Of a DNA stretch of 64,000 nt, positions 12,238 through 24,470 are shown piece after piece; the first letter of the stretch is position 1; each line of letters opens with the position of its first letter. Position numbers and translations under genes: made by a program. The DNA comes from Octopus bimaculoides (Eukaryota), in the NCBI RefSeq assembly GCF_001194135.2, contig NC_068994.1, positions 12,908,002 through 12,972,001 of the forward strand, read 5' to 3'. Under the pieces are notes generated by a model that had not been told where the DNA came from, ran no database searches, and saw nothing but the letters and a program-made list of their open reading frames with translations.

Positions 12238-12347
12238 GAATGTGGAAAAACGCACTCAAACAGAACGTTGGACAACATTCAAGCAGATTTGTCCGCCTGG
12301 ACTAATTAATAAGCGAAGAGCAGCCTGTCTGTTTTGTGCTTTACTTA
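12238..12347 (+). CDS. REC8: REC8-like exon, start of the C-terminal winged helix: NVEKRTQTERWTTFKQICPPGLINKRRAACLFCALL
   Basis: TTCTACAG acceptor and TA|GTAAGT donor; phase 2 to 1. The F..I.P...KRRAA..F..LL pattern is that of the Rad21/Rec8 C-terminal domain. Confidence 0.85.
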
Positions 12348-12660
12348 GTAAGTTAAATACTATTTCAATATCCGAATTAATATCATCATCATCATCGTCA
12401 TCATTCACTATCCACTTCTCCATGTTTGCAGGAGTCATACAGAATTTGTAGAAGCAAATTTTTTACAGCTGGATGCCCTTTCTGTCATCAAACTTCACCT
12501 GTTTCCATGTGAGGTAATATTTCCCCATAGCCAGATATATTTTCACATAAGATTGGAAACGAAGGACCCAGCTTATATGATGGCGACATTTATTTACAGC
12601 TATCATGTGATGTTAAGGCAGAGAAACACTAACACACACATATATATACATACATATATA

Positions 12661-13081
12661 TTTATATTTATATAAGGGCATTACTACAGAATAATGCCAC
12701 ACACCAGACTTCCCAAATAAACACATTTTAGTACCGAATGCGAAGAAAAGAAACCAACCTTTTTTTAAAAAAAATTCAACTATGTATCGACCGATTTCAC
12801 GATTACCAGAATGAAATCTAGTTTCCGCTCGTCAGCATAGAATAGTACCAATATATATAAATAAACAAAATCCTCACCTTGGTACTATACTATGCTGACG
12901 AGCGGAAACTAGATTTCATTCTGGTAATCGTGAAATCGGTCGATACATTGTTGAGTTTTTTTTTAAAAAGGTTGGTTTCTTTTGAGGGTTGCTTTTCCTC
13001 GCATTCAGCACTAAAATGTGTTTATTTGGGAAGTCTGGTGTGTGGCATTATTCTGTAGTAATGTCCTTATATAAATATAAA
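12661..13081. repeat. Near-perfect palindrome (about 190-bp arms, 27-nt loop) in the last REC8 intron
   Basis: 12661-12851 pairs with 12879-13081 with few mismatches or indels. Confidence 0.9.
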
Positions 13082-13408
13082 CGAATAATTATATTCTTGG
13101 GAATAGAAATTTCCCTTATGAATTTTTTTACACACTAACTTCCTGATAAAATTCTTGTAAAAGATTTTTATCCTATTTTGAATTTCGAATACATATATAT
13201 TTATATATGTGCTTTTAGCATATTCAAACTGATATTGGCATTGCATATTTACTTATCACACGCTTAGCGCACTCACCCCTTAATTTAAATAACAGCATCA
13301 TATCTTCTCTTGTTTCTATCCCCGCCAAGTGATCTCAGTAAAACCACAAACCATTTTGTACCTGACACTTCAAATATTTCTCTCTCTTTCTTTTTTCATC
13401 CGTTCCAG

Positions 13409-13497
13409 TGGCTCATCAGAACTGCCTGATACGCCTCAAACAGAAGGAACCATACGGTGATATCTACATCAGATTAAGGACAACACCACCACCATAA
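13409..13497 (+). CDS. REC8: REC8-like last coding exon: (M)AHQNCLIRLKQKEPYGDIYIRLRTTPPP*
   Basis: Long polypyrimidine tract ending TTCCAG; phase 1; TAA at 13495-13497. I.L.Q.EPY.DI aligns without gaps to RAD21 IELTQEEPYSDI. Confidence 0.85.
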
Positions 13498-13539
13498 GAT
13501 CAATCTTTGTACACTCTCTCGTCACACACACACAGATAC

Positions 13540-13970
13540 TGCATAGTAGCATCATTAAACATCAAGGACTGAACATCTTCTATTTCTCTCTTCTATCTTT
13601 TCTCTTTCCAAAGAAAATATTTCTCCCAGCATTCACTATTTTCCTCTCGTTCTGGTCTAACAACCCTCCTTGTTTGTTTTCATTCGGTTTCCTTGTGTGT
13701 CTCCACTATCCTGTTTTTGTTCCCAACTTTCACCCTCCATAAATCCAAAATTTTATTTTGGAATTTATGGGAGCATCTGTCTTTGAAGACTCATATTGTT
13801 GTTGAATGCTCGAAATGAGGAGTAGATAGACAGCCGACAACTGATGAAGGGTCATTCTTTGTGTTACTTGTCTTGTTTTCCATTTTTTCCTCTTGTTGTT
13901 TGTGTATTTAACTCGTTTGTTTTCATACTTCATGTTGTTTACACAGTTGATGACATCCTGTACCCATATA
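13540..13970 (+). mobile_element. Possible Penelope-like element terminus immediately 3' of the REC8 stop
   Basis: KHQGLNI (a GLN-type motif that ends GIY-YIG ORFs), then a pyrimidine-rich tract, a degraded TTGAAGA...ATGCTC-GAAA motif at 13783-13815 and CTGATGAAG at 13841. Confidence 0.3.
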
Positions 13971-14092
13971 AGCATGCATACATATATATTATATTATTAT
14001 TTAATGGAACACCATGCATTCATTTCTAAGTAAGTTTATATAAATGCATACATACATTCATGTGTTTGTGAGTGTGTGTGTCTATGTATATA

Positions 14093-14931
14093 CAGGGTGC
14101 GATGAATAAACTGTTGTCTGAATTACACAAAAATGAAAATAACACTGACATCTCATTTTAACAGATATATTTACCGAAATTACATAAAAATATCTTGAAA
14201 CATTAAAGAGTCAAGTTATTCAATAAAATTGCCATTGGCTTCAACCACGGTCTCCAGACAACTTTGGAATCTCCTGCGACTCTTGGTGAATGCTGCCGTA
14301 ATCCTTGCTTTCAGTTTATCTTTGGCGTTACAAGGAGTTTTGTTGGTCCCTCGCTCAACTTCACCCCACACACAATAATCAAGGAGTTAGATGGCCAGAT
14401 GTTCGGGGCTGATGAGGTCACAATTTCTGTGACCTCATCACCTTCGAACATGACTAGGTTCTTCTGCTTGTGTGGCATAATGCAGAGTCCTGTTGCCAGA
14501 CAGAGGGTCTTCCAGTAGCCACCCTCTTGACCCAGGGCAGCACTACCTCCTCCAGGTACTTGATGTAGGCCTCCCTGTTGAGTCTGAGGTCTTATGGAAA
14601 AATGAATGGAGGCACAATGTCGCCATCTAGTGATCACTCCGAACACTATGATGTTGACTGGATGTTTGATTTTTATCACTCTTGGTACATGTCCTCAGAT
14701 TGACATCCAAACACTGAAATGTTCATATTGGAGCTTCTGGCCCAAATGCCAAGCAATACAGCATATCATTTCCAAATTTCTGGCAGAGTGAATTGTGTCT
14801 TGGTGCTGTTTTTCTCAGAGATGGTGCCCAACTGACTCTACTATACTGTGTAGTCAACAAAATCAGAAACAAAAATGTGCCTGTGTGAAATTAAACATGT
14901 TAAATGGTGCCAATTTACTCATCGTACCCTG
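14093..14931 (-). mobile_element. Internally deleted IS630-Tc1-mariner DNA transposon with both TIRs
   Basis: Left end TA|CAGGGTGCGATGAATAAA; the right end reverse complement is CAGGGTACGATGAGTAAA. Frameshifted transposase remnants: KHPVNIIVFGVIT, YLEEVVLPWVKRVATGRPSVWQQDSALCHT, PNIWPSNS, VVEANGNFIE*. Confidence 0.85.
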
Positions 14932-15164
14932 CATACATGCACAAACACACATACATGCCAACATGCAATGCATTTATTTTGGTCTCTATTATTTAAGCGT
15001 CTGCAATATTTTACATGCATTTTTTTTTTGCCTATTAATATATTTATATGTATTTTAATATATAAACACCATAGAAAATGAAATTACTACCAAGATATAA
15101 TAAAAATGGGAGGAGTAACAAACAGACATTAAAATATCTAAGTAAATAAGGATAATGATGATGG

Positions 15165-15167
<3 letters not shown>

Positions 15168-15221
<54 letters not shown>

Positions 15222-15388
15222 TCCGTTCTACTATAGGCACAAGATCTGAAATTTGGGGGGCAAGGACTAGTCGATTACATTTGAACTCAGAACCTAAAGA
15301 CAGATGAAATACCGCTAAGCATTTTGTCCAGCATGCTGCCCTAATGATGACGATGACGATGACGATGACGATGACAACAACGACGATA

Positions 15389-15424
<36 letters not shown>

Positions 15425-15425
15425 T
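15168..15425. repeat. (AAT)n and (GAT/GAC)n microsatellites flanking a SINE fragment
   Basis: Directly visible. Other microsatellites: (TA)n 34897-34975, 48206-48264, 53648-53702; (GT)n 48162-48205, 60173-60238; (CA/TA) 50030-50247; (AG/ATAG) 28580-28657. Confidence 0.95.
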
Positions 15426-18400
15426 AATCTTTTCTACTCTCGGCAAAAAAATTTTGGGAGAGGGGCTCAGTCAATTAGATCTATAAGTACAAGACCTTAA
15501 ATTTTGAGGGAGGGAGCTTGTCAATTATATCAATCCCAGTGCTTGACTGTTACATTATCAACCCTAAAAAGATGAAAGGTAAAATTGACCATGGCAGGAT
15601 TTGAACTCAGAATGTAAAGATCAGGAAGAAATGATGCTAAGTATTTTGTCCGGTGCCCTAATGGTTAGCAACAATAATCATTTCTAACATTGCCATCTTT
15701 AAACATCCTTTCAAAATAATTTTAAGGCCTTTCACTTGATTTAATTAAAAAAAAAAATTTTTTTAAAATTTTCTTTTTATAAACATCACATAACTCCCGA
15801 TAAATGTAAAAAAAAGAGCCAAAAAACAGCAAATTAAGAAATGAAAATCAAAGTTGTGGCTTCAATGTTGATATTGATATGAAAATTATATACCCCTTCA
15901 TCAAAAATAATCACTCAGGACAGCCTACATACATACATACATCATCATCATCATCATCACTGTTTAAAGTCCACTTTCCATGCTGGCAGGGGTTAGACAG
16001 TTTGGCAGGAGCTTGCCCCAAACCTGTCTGTCTGTTTTGGCAGGATATTTACGGCTAGATGCCCTTCCTAACACCAACCACTCACCCAGCAGAGTGAACT
16101 ACACGCATACATATATGCATACACACACACACATTTATATATGTATATATTGGTTACAAAAATCAATGAAATCAAATGAAATTATGCTCATGGATATGTT
16201 GGTGGATGGACATTACAAGGTTAAATTAGTGGGCTGCGGGGGGGGGGGAGCTATGTTGGTTATGGTAAGGGATTAATTGACTTTTCTATTTTACTTTTGG
16301 TAAATCTTTGATATAAAGATTTACACTTGATAATCTTTTATTCAAAATACTTTGGACTGTGGAAGTGTTTTGGATTTTGAAACTGATTGAATATTTGCAC
16401 CTATAAAAAGTAGCCATTTACATTTGATGATAATCAATGAGGTTGATGATTTCTTTAATTTGCTATAAGGGTAACGAGTGGTGAGGGTAGGGGACATTAC
16501 AGTGACAGGTTACAAAACCTGGATAGACATTACAAGGATAAATTAGTGGGCTGGTGGGGTGGGAATTATATCAGGTATGGTAAACAGGCATTAAAACAAA
16601 AACAGTGAAATGGCAGAATCGTTAGCATGCTGGGCGAAATGCTTAGCTGTATTTCACCTGTCGCTATGCTCTGAGTTCAAATTAAGCCGGGGTCGATAAA
16701 TTAAGTACCAGTTGCGTACTGGAGTCGATCTAATCCTCCCACAAAATTTCAGGCCTTGTGCCTATAGTAGAAAGGATTTTTAAAATACAATTGATCTGTA
16801 TTTGAAACAAGATTTTTTTCTTCTTTAAATGGTCTGGGCGCCAAGCATATATGTGTGTGGACTATGGGTATCCTCAAATAAATTCATGCCTGGAAAGGAA
16901 CTTCTTTCTAAAATAATTACAAAACATTTATTTAAGATCTGTTCATTTTAATTTGATGAATTTCTATTTTGCAAGTTAATTTTGGTTTCCATTGTTTATA
17001 AACTCAATTATAATTTTGTTTTGTTGATTTGAAAAATTCAGTTTGTTGAGGTGAGCTTATTCTTTTCTATTTTTCTTTATATTGTTGTTTGATCTTTCTT
17101 GATTTTTTTCTATTTAATTTAGAAAGTATTTTTCGGGCATTCCATAAATACTGGATATAAATTCTGTATTAAATACCACAAGAAACTAACACTAATTTCT
17201 GTTTTAGTGCTAAAACCCAAGTTCCAACTTTTTACTCTAATAAATAACCTTTTTCTCCTAAAACTGAATGTAATCTAACATTGGCTATCCCAGGGCTAAC
17301 TTTTACCCTAAATTCTTGTCCTAGCCCTATGCTGATTTCCAACCCAGACCCTGACCTAAATCTAACTAACCTGCCCTAAGGATATTTTTAATCCACTGTT
17401 ACTTAGCTTTATCATCTGCTTCAAGATTCACTTTTCCTCAAATGAATTATTTCACTACTATGTTTGTTACTATCACTTATGAAAACGATTTAATATTATT
17501 AATTATAAGAAGGTAGCGAGCTGGCAGAATCATTAACATACCATAAAATGTTTAAAACTATTATAATAATATATTTATTGTAACTGTTTATTACAGTTAT
17601 TTAATATAACAATATCGAAATTATTTAATACAAAATGTTCATTGTGTAACATAAGATATTTTTTGTAACTTATATTTATTTTAATATCTCAATATGATTA
17701 TTTAATATGAAGTGCTTTTTGTGACTAAGTACACTTTTAGTATTTATTATACAATAAGGCAGAAAACTGGCAAAATTGTCAGCATGCTGGGCAAAATGCT
17801 TAGTAGCATTTCATCCATCGTTACATCCAGAGTTGAAATTCTGCCAAGGTAGACTTTGCCTTTCATCCTTTCAGGGTTGCTAAAATAAGTACCAGTTGAG
17901 CACTGGGGTCGATGTAATCGACTTAACCCTCCCCCAAAATTGCTGTCCTTGTGCCAAAATTTGAAACCAATATTTATTATAACTATATCTCAAATTATTT
18001 AACTATTTATTTAACATTATAACAATATAATGACTATTTAATATCTAATACTTTTTGTGGCAAAATGTATTTATTAATATCAATTATATAATGATTATTT
18101 CATGTAAGATAATTTTCATGACTATTTATTGTAGCTATTTATTATATTTTATATCATAACTACACCTTGACTATTTAATATAAAATATTTATTGCGACTA
18201 TTATTGAATTGTCAGCTAAATTGATTAATTTTTGTTTTCTACTTGATGTTCCATTGTATGTCTGAAAAGAGGTAAAAATTTATTCAAATTTCAAAGACTA
18301 TTAAAAATAAAACCCATAAAACAATATAATAAGGATTAAAATAATTGGAAAAAAAGAAAATGAAATTGACAACTTAATTTTTATATTATATTTTATATTA

Positions 18401-18996
18401 ATATCATAATTTTTATATTGATATCATAACTATGTCTAGACTATGTAATAAGTTTTTTTATGGTTATTTATATCAATTTATTATGTTTATGTATTTGTCT
18501 TACAGTGTTAGCGTTTTCTATTATAGCTTCAAGCCAGCCACTGCTTTTTGAGTGAGTTTGTTTGATGGAAGCTGTGTGGAAGCCCATCATGTGTGTGTGT
18601 GTGTGTGTGTGAAGGGGGGGGGGCGGTGTCTTTGAGTTTGGTCCCCACTTCCACCACTTCACAACTAGTGTTGGTTTGTCACATCCCCATAACTTAGTGG
18701 TTCAGCAAAAATGACCACTATAGTTAGCAGATTTTTTTTTAAATAGGCACTGGGCTTGATTTGTTCAACTAAACCCTTCAAGATGGTACCCCAGTATGGC
18801 CACAGTCTAATGACTGAAACAAATAAAAAAAAAAAGACACAAAAGGTTCATTTAGTTGATAAACTTCCCGTTTACAAATTTTCATTTTACTCAGTAAAAA
18901 AGATTGTTTCTGACAAACATATACATATTTAAAATAGCCATCTGTGTATTGTACTTAGTGTTAACTCAAGATAGGCAAATTAACCGAAGTATTAGT

Positions 18997-19440
18997 TCTG
19001 AGATAACATCTCATATGGATATGCTGTGTTTAAAAACACAACATATGAAAATTGTCCAAGCAGCAGCTGGTGAGAATGCTAGATGCAAGTATCTGCCTGA
19101 TTGAGCTTTGTCAGTAGCATGTACTCATAGCCAACTACATACCTGTCACCATTGATATAGGAAAACTTAACACTGTTTCTCTTGCATATAACAGGATTTT
19201 ATTCAGCCAGGCAGCTATTTGCAATATCAGTGAATATTTATTCACTTTTTTTCCTTATATCAGTGACAACAGATTTCTTTTTGGCATGTGGTTGGTTGTG
19301 AGTAAATGCTACTGATGAAGCCTAATGAGGCAGAAATGCATCTAGGATTCTCACCAGCCACTGCTTGGACAATTTTCATCTGCCTCCATTATATATTGTG
19401 TTTTTAAACACAGCACATCCATATGAGATATTATCCCAGG
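18997..19440. mobile_element. Inverted-repeat element (arms about 18997-19165 and 19246-19440), probably Penelope-like pseudo-LTR derived
   Basis: The arms are reverse complements. Each carries a hammerhead motif: near-intact in the right arm, mutated to CTGACAA/GATA in the left arm on the - strand. Confidence 0.6.
19298..19354 (+). ncRNA. Minimal type-I hammerhead ribozyme motif (Penelope-like-element type)
   Basis: Stem I GTGAG(TA)AATGCTA/TAGGATTCTCAC, core CTGATGA at 19312-19318, stem II GCCT-AATG-AGGC, GAAA at 19333-19336, palindromic stem III ATGCAT, C17 at 19342. Confidence 0.6.
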
Positions 19441-21732
19441 ATGGATAGGATTGGATTGGATTGGATTGCCTATGCTCAGTTCACTGCAGAATTAAGGCCT
19501 TAGCATGTTCTCTTCACCAACCATGGTCTGATGTGGATGCTGTAAATTAAACTTGAGATCATACTGCTTTGATGAGCCTACTCTGCCACAAAGTTAAAGG
19601 CAAAGTTGACCTCAGCAGAATTTGAACTCAGAATGTAAAGCCAGATGAAATACCACTAAACATTTCACCATGCATGCTAATGATTCTACCAGCTTACCTC
19701 CATCTCAGGATGAAAACCGGAGTTAATTTGCCTATCATAATGTATTAACCTCAAGTATAGATACACAAATGGGTATTCCAATCTAATGCTGTTTGCTTCT
19801 GTTGTATATAACAGTTTTATATAGACAGTGACAATAGAAAATACAGCCATACTCCTAGTTCCTCATATATAATTTCACACTGAAATGCGAGTAACTATAG
19901 CACTACAGCTCTCATAAACACACATTCATGCTACATGTGTTTTCTTCATGGACTTTCCTGTGTGTTCATTTATAGTGTTCAAATGTATGAGACAGTGTTC
20001 AAATGTTTGTCTCAATACATTTGCTACTCCTGCCAGCAAAATGACTTTCCATGTACAGGCAACATGGTGCACCAAATGTCAGCTTTCAAAGTGATTGCAG
20101 AGCAATGTGAAATTAAGTACTTTGCTCAAGAACGCAATGCATCACCTTGTCCAGGAATTGATACTGCTATCCTATGATTGTGAGTGCAACACCCTGACCA
20201 CTGGGCCACACATCTACGCATTACTTCACACGGCACATGTAATATATTAATACATGAGTGCAAGAACACATTTAAACACAACACTCAGCATTGTGCCAAA
20301 TCCTAGACATTGAGAGGTAGGGCAAAATACTGGAAGATATTCGGTTTCTATCATTTTCACCACCTTCACCTGCTCAACAATTCCTGTATACTCACAAACA
20401 ATGGTGTATGTGTGTGTTATGTATTACTTTATTAATAAAATGTTCTGAAAACACTAAAAATGTAGTCTCTTTATTCAATTCATTTACCCTTCTTTATCTG
20501 TGGCTTTTTTTTGACTCAGGTTTATCCTCCTCCTCCTCCTCATCATCATCATCATTAAATGTCCACTCTCCCATGTTTCTATGAGCTGGACAGAGTTGGG
20601 AGTGCATGTTACAAATAGGTGTTGATCCTATGCAAACATTTGTGCCTCTGGGGACAGGTGGTCCATATTTATTTAACCTCTATAATCTGAACAATTCATT
20701 GGCTTGTGCTCCATTCGCGTAGCTCTCAGGATCATTGACAGACACACAAATCACCACATTGCAACAAGAAATGGCCTTTGCAATGATTTTCATTACCTTG
20801 GTCATGGTGTATCTCGTGTGAAAAGGTTTTCTAATGTAAGTGTTTCTATAACTGTCTCAGTCGCAGTATCCCTACTATGTCCTACAAACACCACTTTTCA
20901 ACTACTTTTAGTCTGGTGTAGAGTCCTGTCTGAAGCACAGGTTGCAATCGGAAAATAAGGATGTACAACTAATTTTGAGTCACTGGCACGTTCTTAAAAG
21001 TGGTTGGCATTAGGAAGGGCATCCAGCCGTAGAAATCATATCAAAACAGACTATGGAACCTGGTGCGACCCCTGCCCTTGCCAGTTCCTGTCAAGCTGTC
21101 CAACCCATGCCAGTATGGAAAATGGGCGTTAAATGATGATGGTGGTGGCGGCGATGACGATGAGGAAGATCGATACCCTGTCAATCATTTTAGTTCTTTT
21201 TCTAACAGTCTAACTATATATATCATCTCTCTTTCTAATCCTTGTCCATCATTCTGCCTTTATAGCTCTCACACTCGTTCCCCCACCTCAGCTTCACTCA
21301 ATTGCCAAACGTTGCTTTCTTCACCTCAACCTCCATTATTCTCTGTCAAAGCAACCTACAGTCTAAGACATTGAACCAGTCACGTAATGTCAGCTTTTAC
21401 CCGACACCTTTCTTGACATTACTTTCCCTCCCATCCCATATTTCCACAGACACCATTCCCCCAAACACAACGAGGGAGCCTCTACGTGGTGTCTCGAACT
21501 CCTAGAAATAGTAGCTAGATCTCCCACACACGCTGTCGTCTACAAAAATAAAAGACACAATGGATAGTATACCAGATACATAACCAGCAAAACAAAAATT
21601 TTAAAAAAATATGATAGCCACGGCTGGAATGTCTTTTGATCAGCAATGTGTTTGATCAAAGTAAATAGTTTTCTAAGATATCTATTTATACTAGTGTCAT
21701 GGCGTTAATATAACGACCGATAGTAATATTAC

Positions 21733-21763
21733 CTATTTTAAAACAGTTGTCAGTTTTTGCCAT
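21733..21763 (-). CDS. Candidate first coding micro-exon MAKTDNCFKI(G) (gene unassigned)
   Basis: Strong Kozak context AACATGG and donor TAG|GTAATA at 21732 (phase 1); divergent from the 21891 exon. Confidence 0.35.
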
Positions 21764-21890
21764 GTTCTTAACTCGTCAATCAGCACGTACACACAAACGG
21801 TGGCGATTCTATTCAATAAGAGGGCTTTTTTTTTCCTGGCTTAGCACTCAAGTAATACATAGTCCGCTGTCTGTCCGACTACTGTCAAAG
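21764..21890. promoter_or_regulatory. Candidate bidirectional promoter between two divergent ATG micro-exons
   Basis: About 125 bp separates head-to-head ATG-plus-donor units, and CpGs are locally retained. Inference only. Confidence 0.35.
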
Positions 21891-21935
21891 ATGTACAGAA
21901 CCATGGCCCCTAAATTCCTTATGGCAGTCAGATCA
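21891..21935 (+). CDS. Candidate first coding micro-exon MYRTMAPKFLMAVRS (gene unassigned; mitochondrial-presequence-like)
   Basis: ATG with A at -3, 15 codons, then a perfect GTAAGT donor at 21936 (phase 0), in a CpG-retaining region. Confidence 0.45.
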
Positions 21936-22544
21936 GTAAGTATTACAGTATTTTTTGGTTGAAGTCTTTTGCTGGAGCTGCAACAAGGTCTCTGTTTTGC
22001 CAAATAGGATTTTCTACCGAAGACTAGCTCAGCGCTGTACAAAACAATAACCATAAATTATACGGTTGTTGGGCGCAACTACAGAAACATGCCCCACTCT
22101 TCCCGACTTTGTTTCCCCCCATAACTTTTTTAAATTGTATAAAAAAAATTTTCCAAGCATATACTTTAGATACATAATCTGCACTATCTAAAATGTATCT
22201 GGAAAATTTCATTAAAAAGAATATGTATTCTAAAGAAAGTTAAGGATAGGCGGGACAAAGTTGGGGAACACAAACACACTTCTGTAAAGACGCTGGTTGT
22301 TGTGGTTTCGCACCTGGTCAGCCTTGATTAAAAAGACTTTTGATCAAAGACAGGCATTACAGCCGTGACGTTGCACCACGTGTTGACATAGTGTATCTAG
22401 GACCAAATGCACTTTAATTTTGAAGACAGTAAAATGTGATTATTGAAAAGTCTGGTTACACGGTTGCTAAGTCCCAAATCAGTTCCGAATGAGTAGACGT
22501 TATGATCAAAGAAATTCAAACTTTGGTCTTAACATATTTTGTAC

Positions 22545-22577
<33 letters not shown>

Positions 22578-23076
22578 CTGTATATGAGAGCCTTAGGGCT
22601 TGGTGCCACTTATCCTGTGCGTTAAAATAAGAACTACGGTAGATAATATAGATTTCAAATTTTGAAACAAGACCAGCACATTCGAGGGAGAGGATAAGTC
22701 GATTACAGCAACCCCACACTATTCAACTGGTACTTATTTTATCGACCCCGGCGCCATTTGAACTCCGAACGTAAAGTCGGAAGAAACGCAGTTAAGCATT
22801 TTGTCCAGCGTGATAACGATTCTGCCAGCTCGTCATCCGAATGTGGTGGATAATATAGAATAAGAAACCGTCAAGGCGGTGAGCAAGGCACCGCTTTATT
22901 ACAGACTGAAACGAGAAAGAGAGAGAGAGAGAGTACGTGTGTGTGTATATATATATACACATACAAGCACATACAGTATTTACTTGTATATAAAGCGCAC
23001 CCCGATCTTTCTGATTTGGCGGGCATCACTTTTTATTTAGTGTGTTTTCTATCAGAAAGATCCTACATACATACAT

Positions 23077-23160
<84 letters not shown>

Positions 23161-24037
23161 NNNNNNNNNNNNNNNNNNNNNNNNNNNNNNNNNNNNNNNN
23201 NNNNNNNNNNNNNNNNNNNNNNNNNNNNNNNNNNNNNNNNNNNNNNNNNNNNNNNNNNNNNNNNNNNNNNNNNNNNNNNNNNNNNNNNNNNNNNNNNNNN
23301 NNNNNNNNNNNNNNNNNNNNNNNNNNNNNNNNNNNNNNNNNNNNNNNNNNNNNNNNNNNNNNNNNNNNNNNNNNNNNNNGCACAAACCAAACACAAGAAA
23401 GTGCGTATATAACTTAATTATTGCATATATATAGTACATATATAATGCAAAAATACTCTTCAGACTGCATTAATCAATAAATTAGAAACAGAGTTTTAAA
23501 ATTTATTCTTTCTGTGCAGCCCGCTATCAAATGATTCACAACCGGAGGCTGGGGACTTCTTAGCCGAATGTACCCCACTTCAATCACATCTGTTTTTAAA
23601 AATTAAGAAGTTAGCTTCCCAACCACATGGTTCTGGGTTCAATACCGTTGCGTGACACCTTGGCCAAGTGTCTTCTACTATAGCCTCGGGCCGAACAAAT
23701 CCTTGTGAGTGGATTTTGGTAGACGGAAACTGAAAGAAGCCTGTCGTGTGTGTGTGTGTGTTCGTGCGTGCGTGCGTGCCTATGTGCGTGTGTCCTGCTG
23801 CCGGTTGACAACCTGTGGTAGTTTGTTTACACCCACGTAACTTAGCGGTTCGACAAAATAGGTCGATAGAATAAGTGATTGGCTTAAGAATGAGTACTGG
23901 AGTTGATTCGTTCCACTAAAAAAAATGATCACAGATGACTTTCAAGAAACACTACATGAAGCAAGTTTTCAACAGTGAAAGCAGAGTAACCTCCCTTGTT
24001 ATGAACTGTTTCATTTGATTGGTAGAATTGTGAGATT

Positions 24038-24470
24038 AAGGCAGCGAGCTGGCAGAAACGTTAGCACACCGGGGGAAACCCTTAGCGGTATTTCGTCTGC
24101 CGTTACGTTCTGAGTTCAAATTCCGCCGAGGTCGACTTTGCCTTTCATCCTTTCAAGGTCGATAAATTAAGTACCAGTTATGCACTGGGATCGATGTAAT
24201 CAACTTAATCCCTTTATCTGTCCTTGTTTGTCTCCTCTAGGTTTAGCCCCTTGTGGGCAATAAAGAAATAAGAAACGTTAGCAAGCCGGGAGAAACGCCT
24301 ATCAGTATTTCGTCTGTCTTTACGTTCTGAGTTCAAATTCTGCCGAGGACGACTTTGCCTTTCATCCTTTAAGGGTTGATAAATTAAGTACCAGTTGCGT
24401 ACTGATGTCGATCTAATCGACTGGTCCCCTCCCACAAAAATTTCGAGCCTTGTGCTTAGATTAGAAAAGA
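24038..24470 (+). mobile_element. SINE family B (GGCGGTGAGCTGGCAGAA head, GAGTTCAAATT B-box, CCTTTCATCCTTTCGGGGTCGATAAA core), two tandem copies
   Basis: Other copies at about 745-980(-), 15230-15340(-), 15480-15660(-), 16605-16778(+), 17755-17980(+), 22660-22820(-), 26560-26762(-), 46510-46700(+), 51225-51380(+), 56818-57030(+), 57065-57650(+, interrupted), 58555-58780(-). Confidence 0.9.

Noticed and set aside
14409-14439. CTGATGAG-GTCACA-ATTTC-TGTGAC-C hairpin inside the Tc1/mariner remnant
   Set aside because: No GAAA follows. It is better explained as a local template-switch inverted duplication in a dead transposase.
16201-16592. Two roughly 70-bp direct repeats (16201-16275, 16521-16592) as an LTR or CRISPR-like structure
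   Set aside because: There are only two diverged copies, with no TG...CA ends, no regular spacers, and a eukaryotic context.
20704-20958. 84-aa ORF and nearby splice-like signals on both strands as partners for the 21733 micro-exon
   Set aside because: Every acceptor and phase combination I tried hits a stop within about 30 codons.
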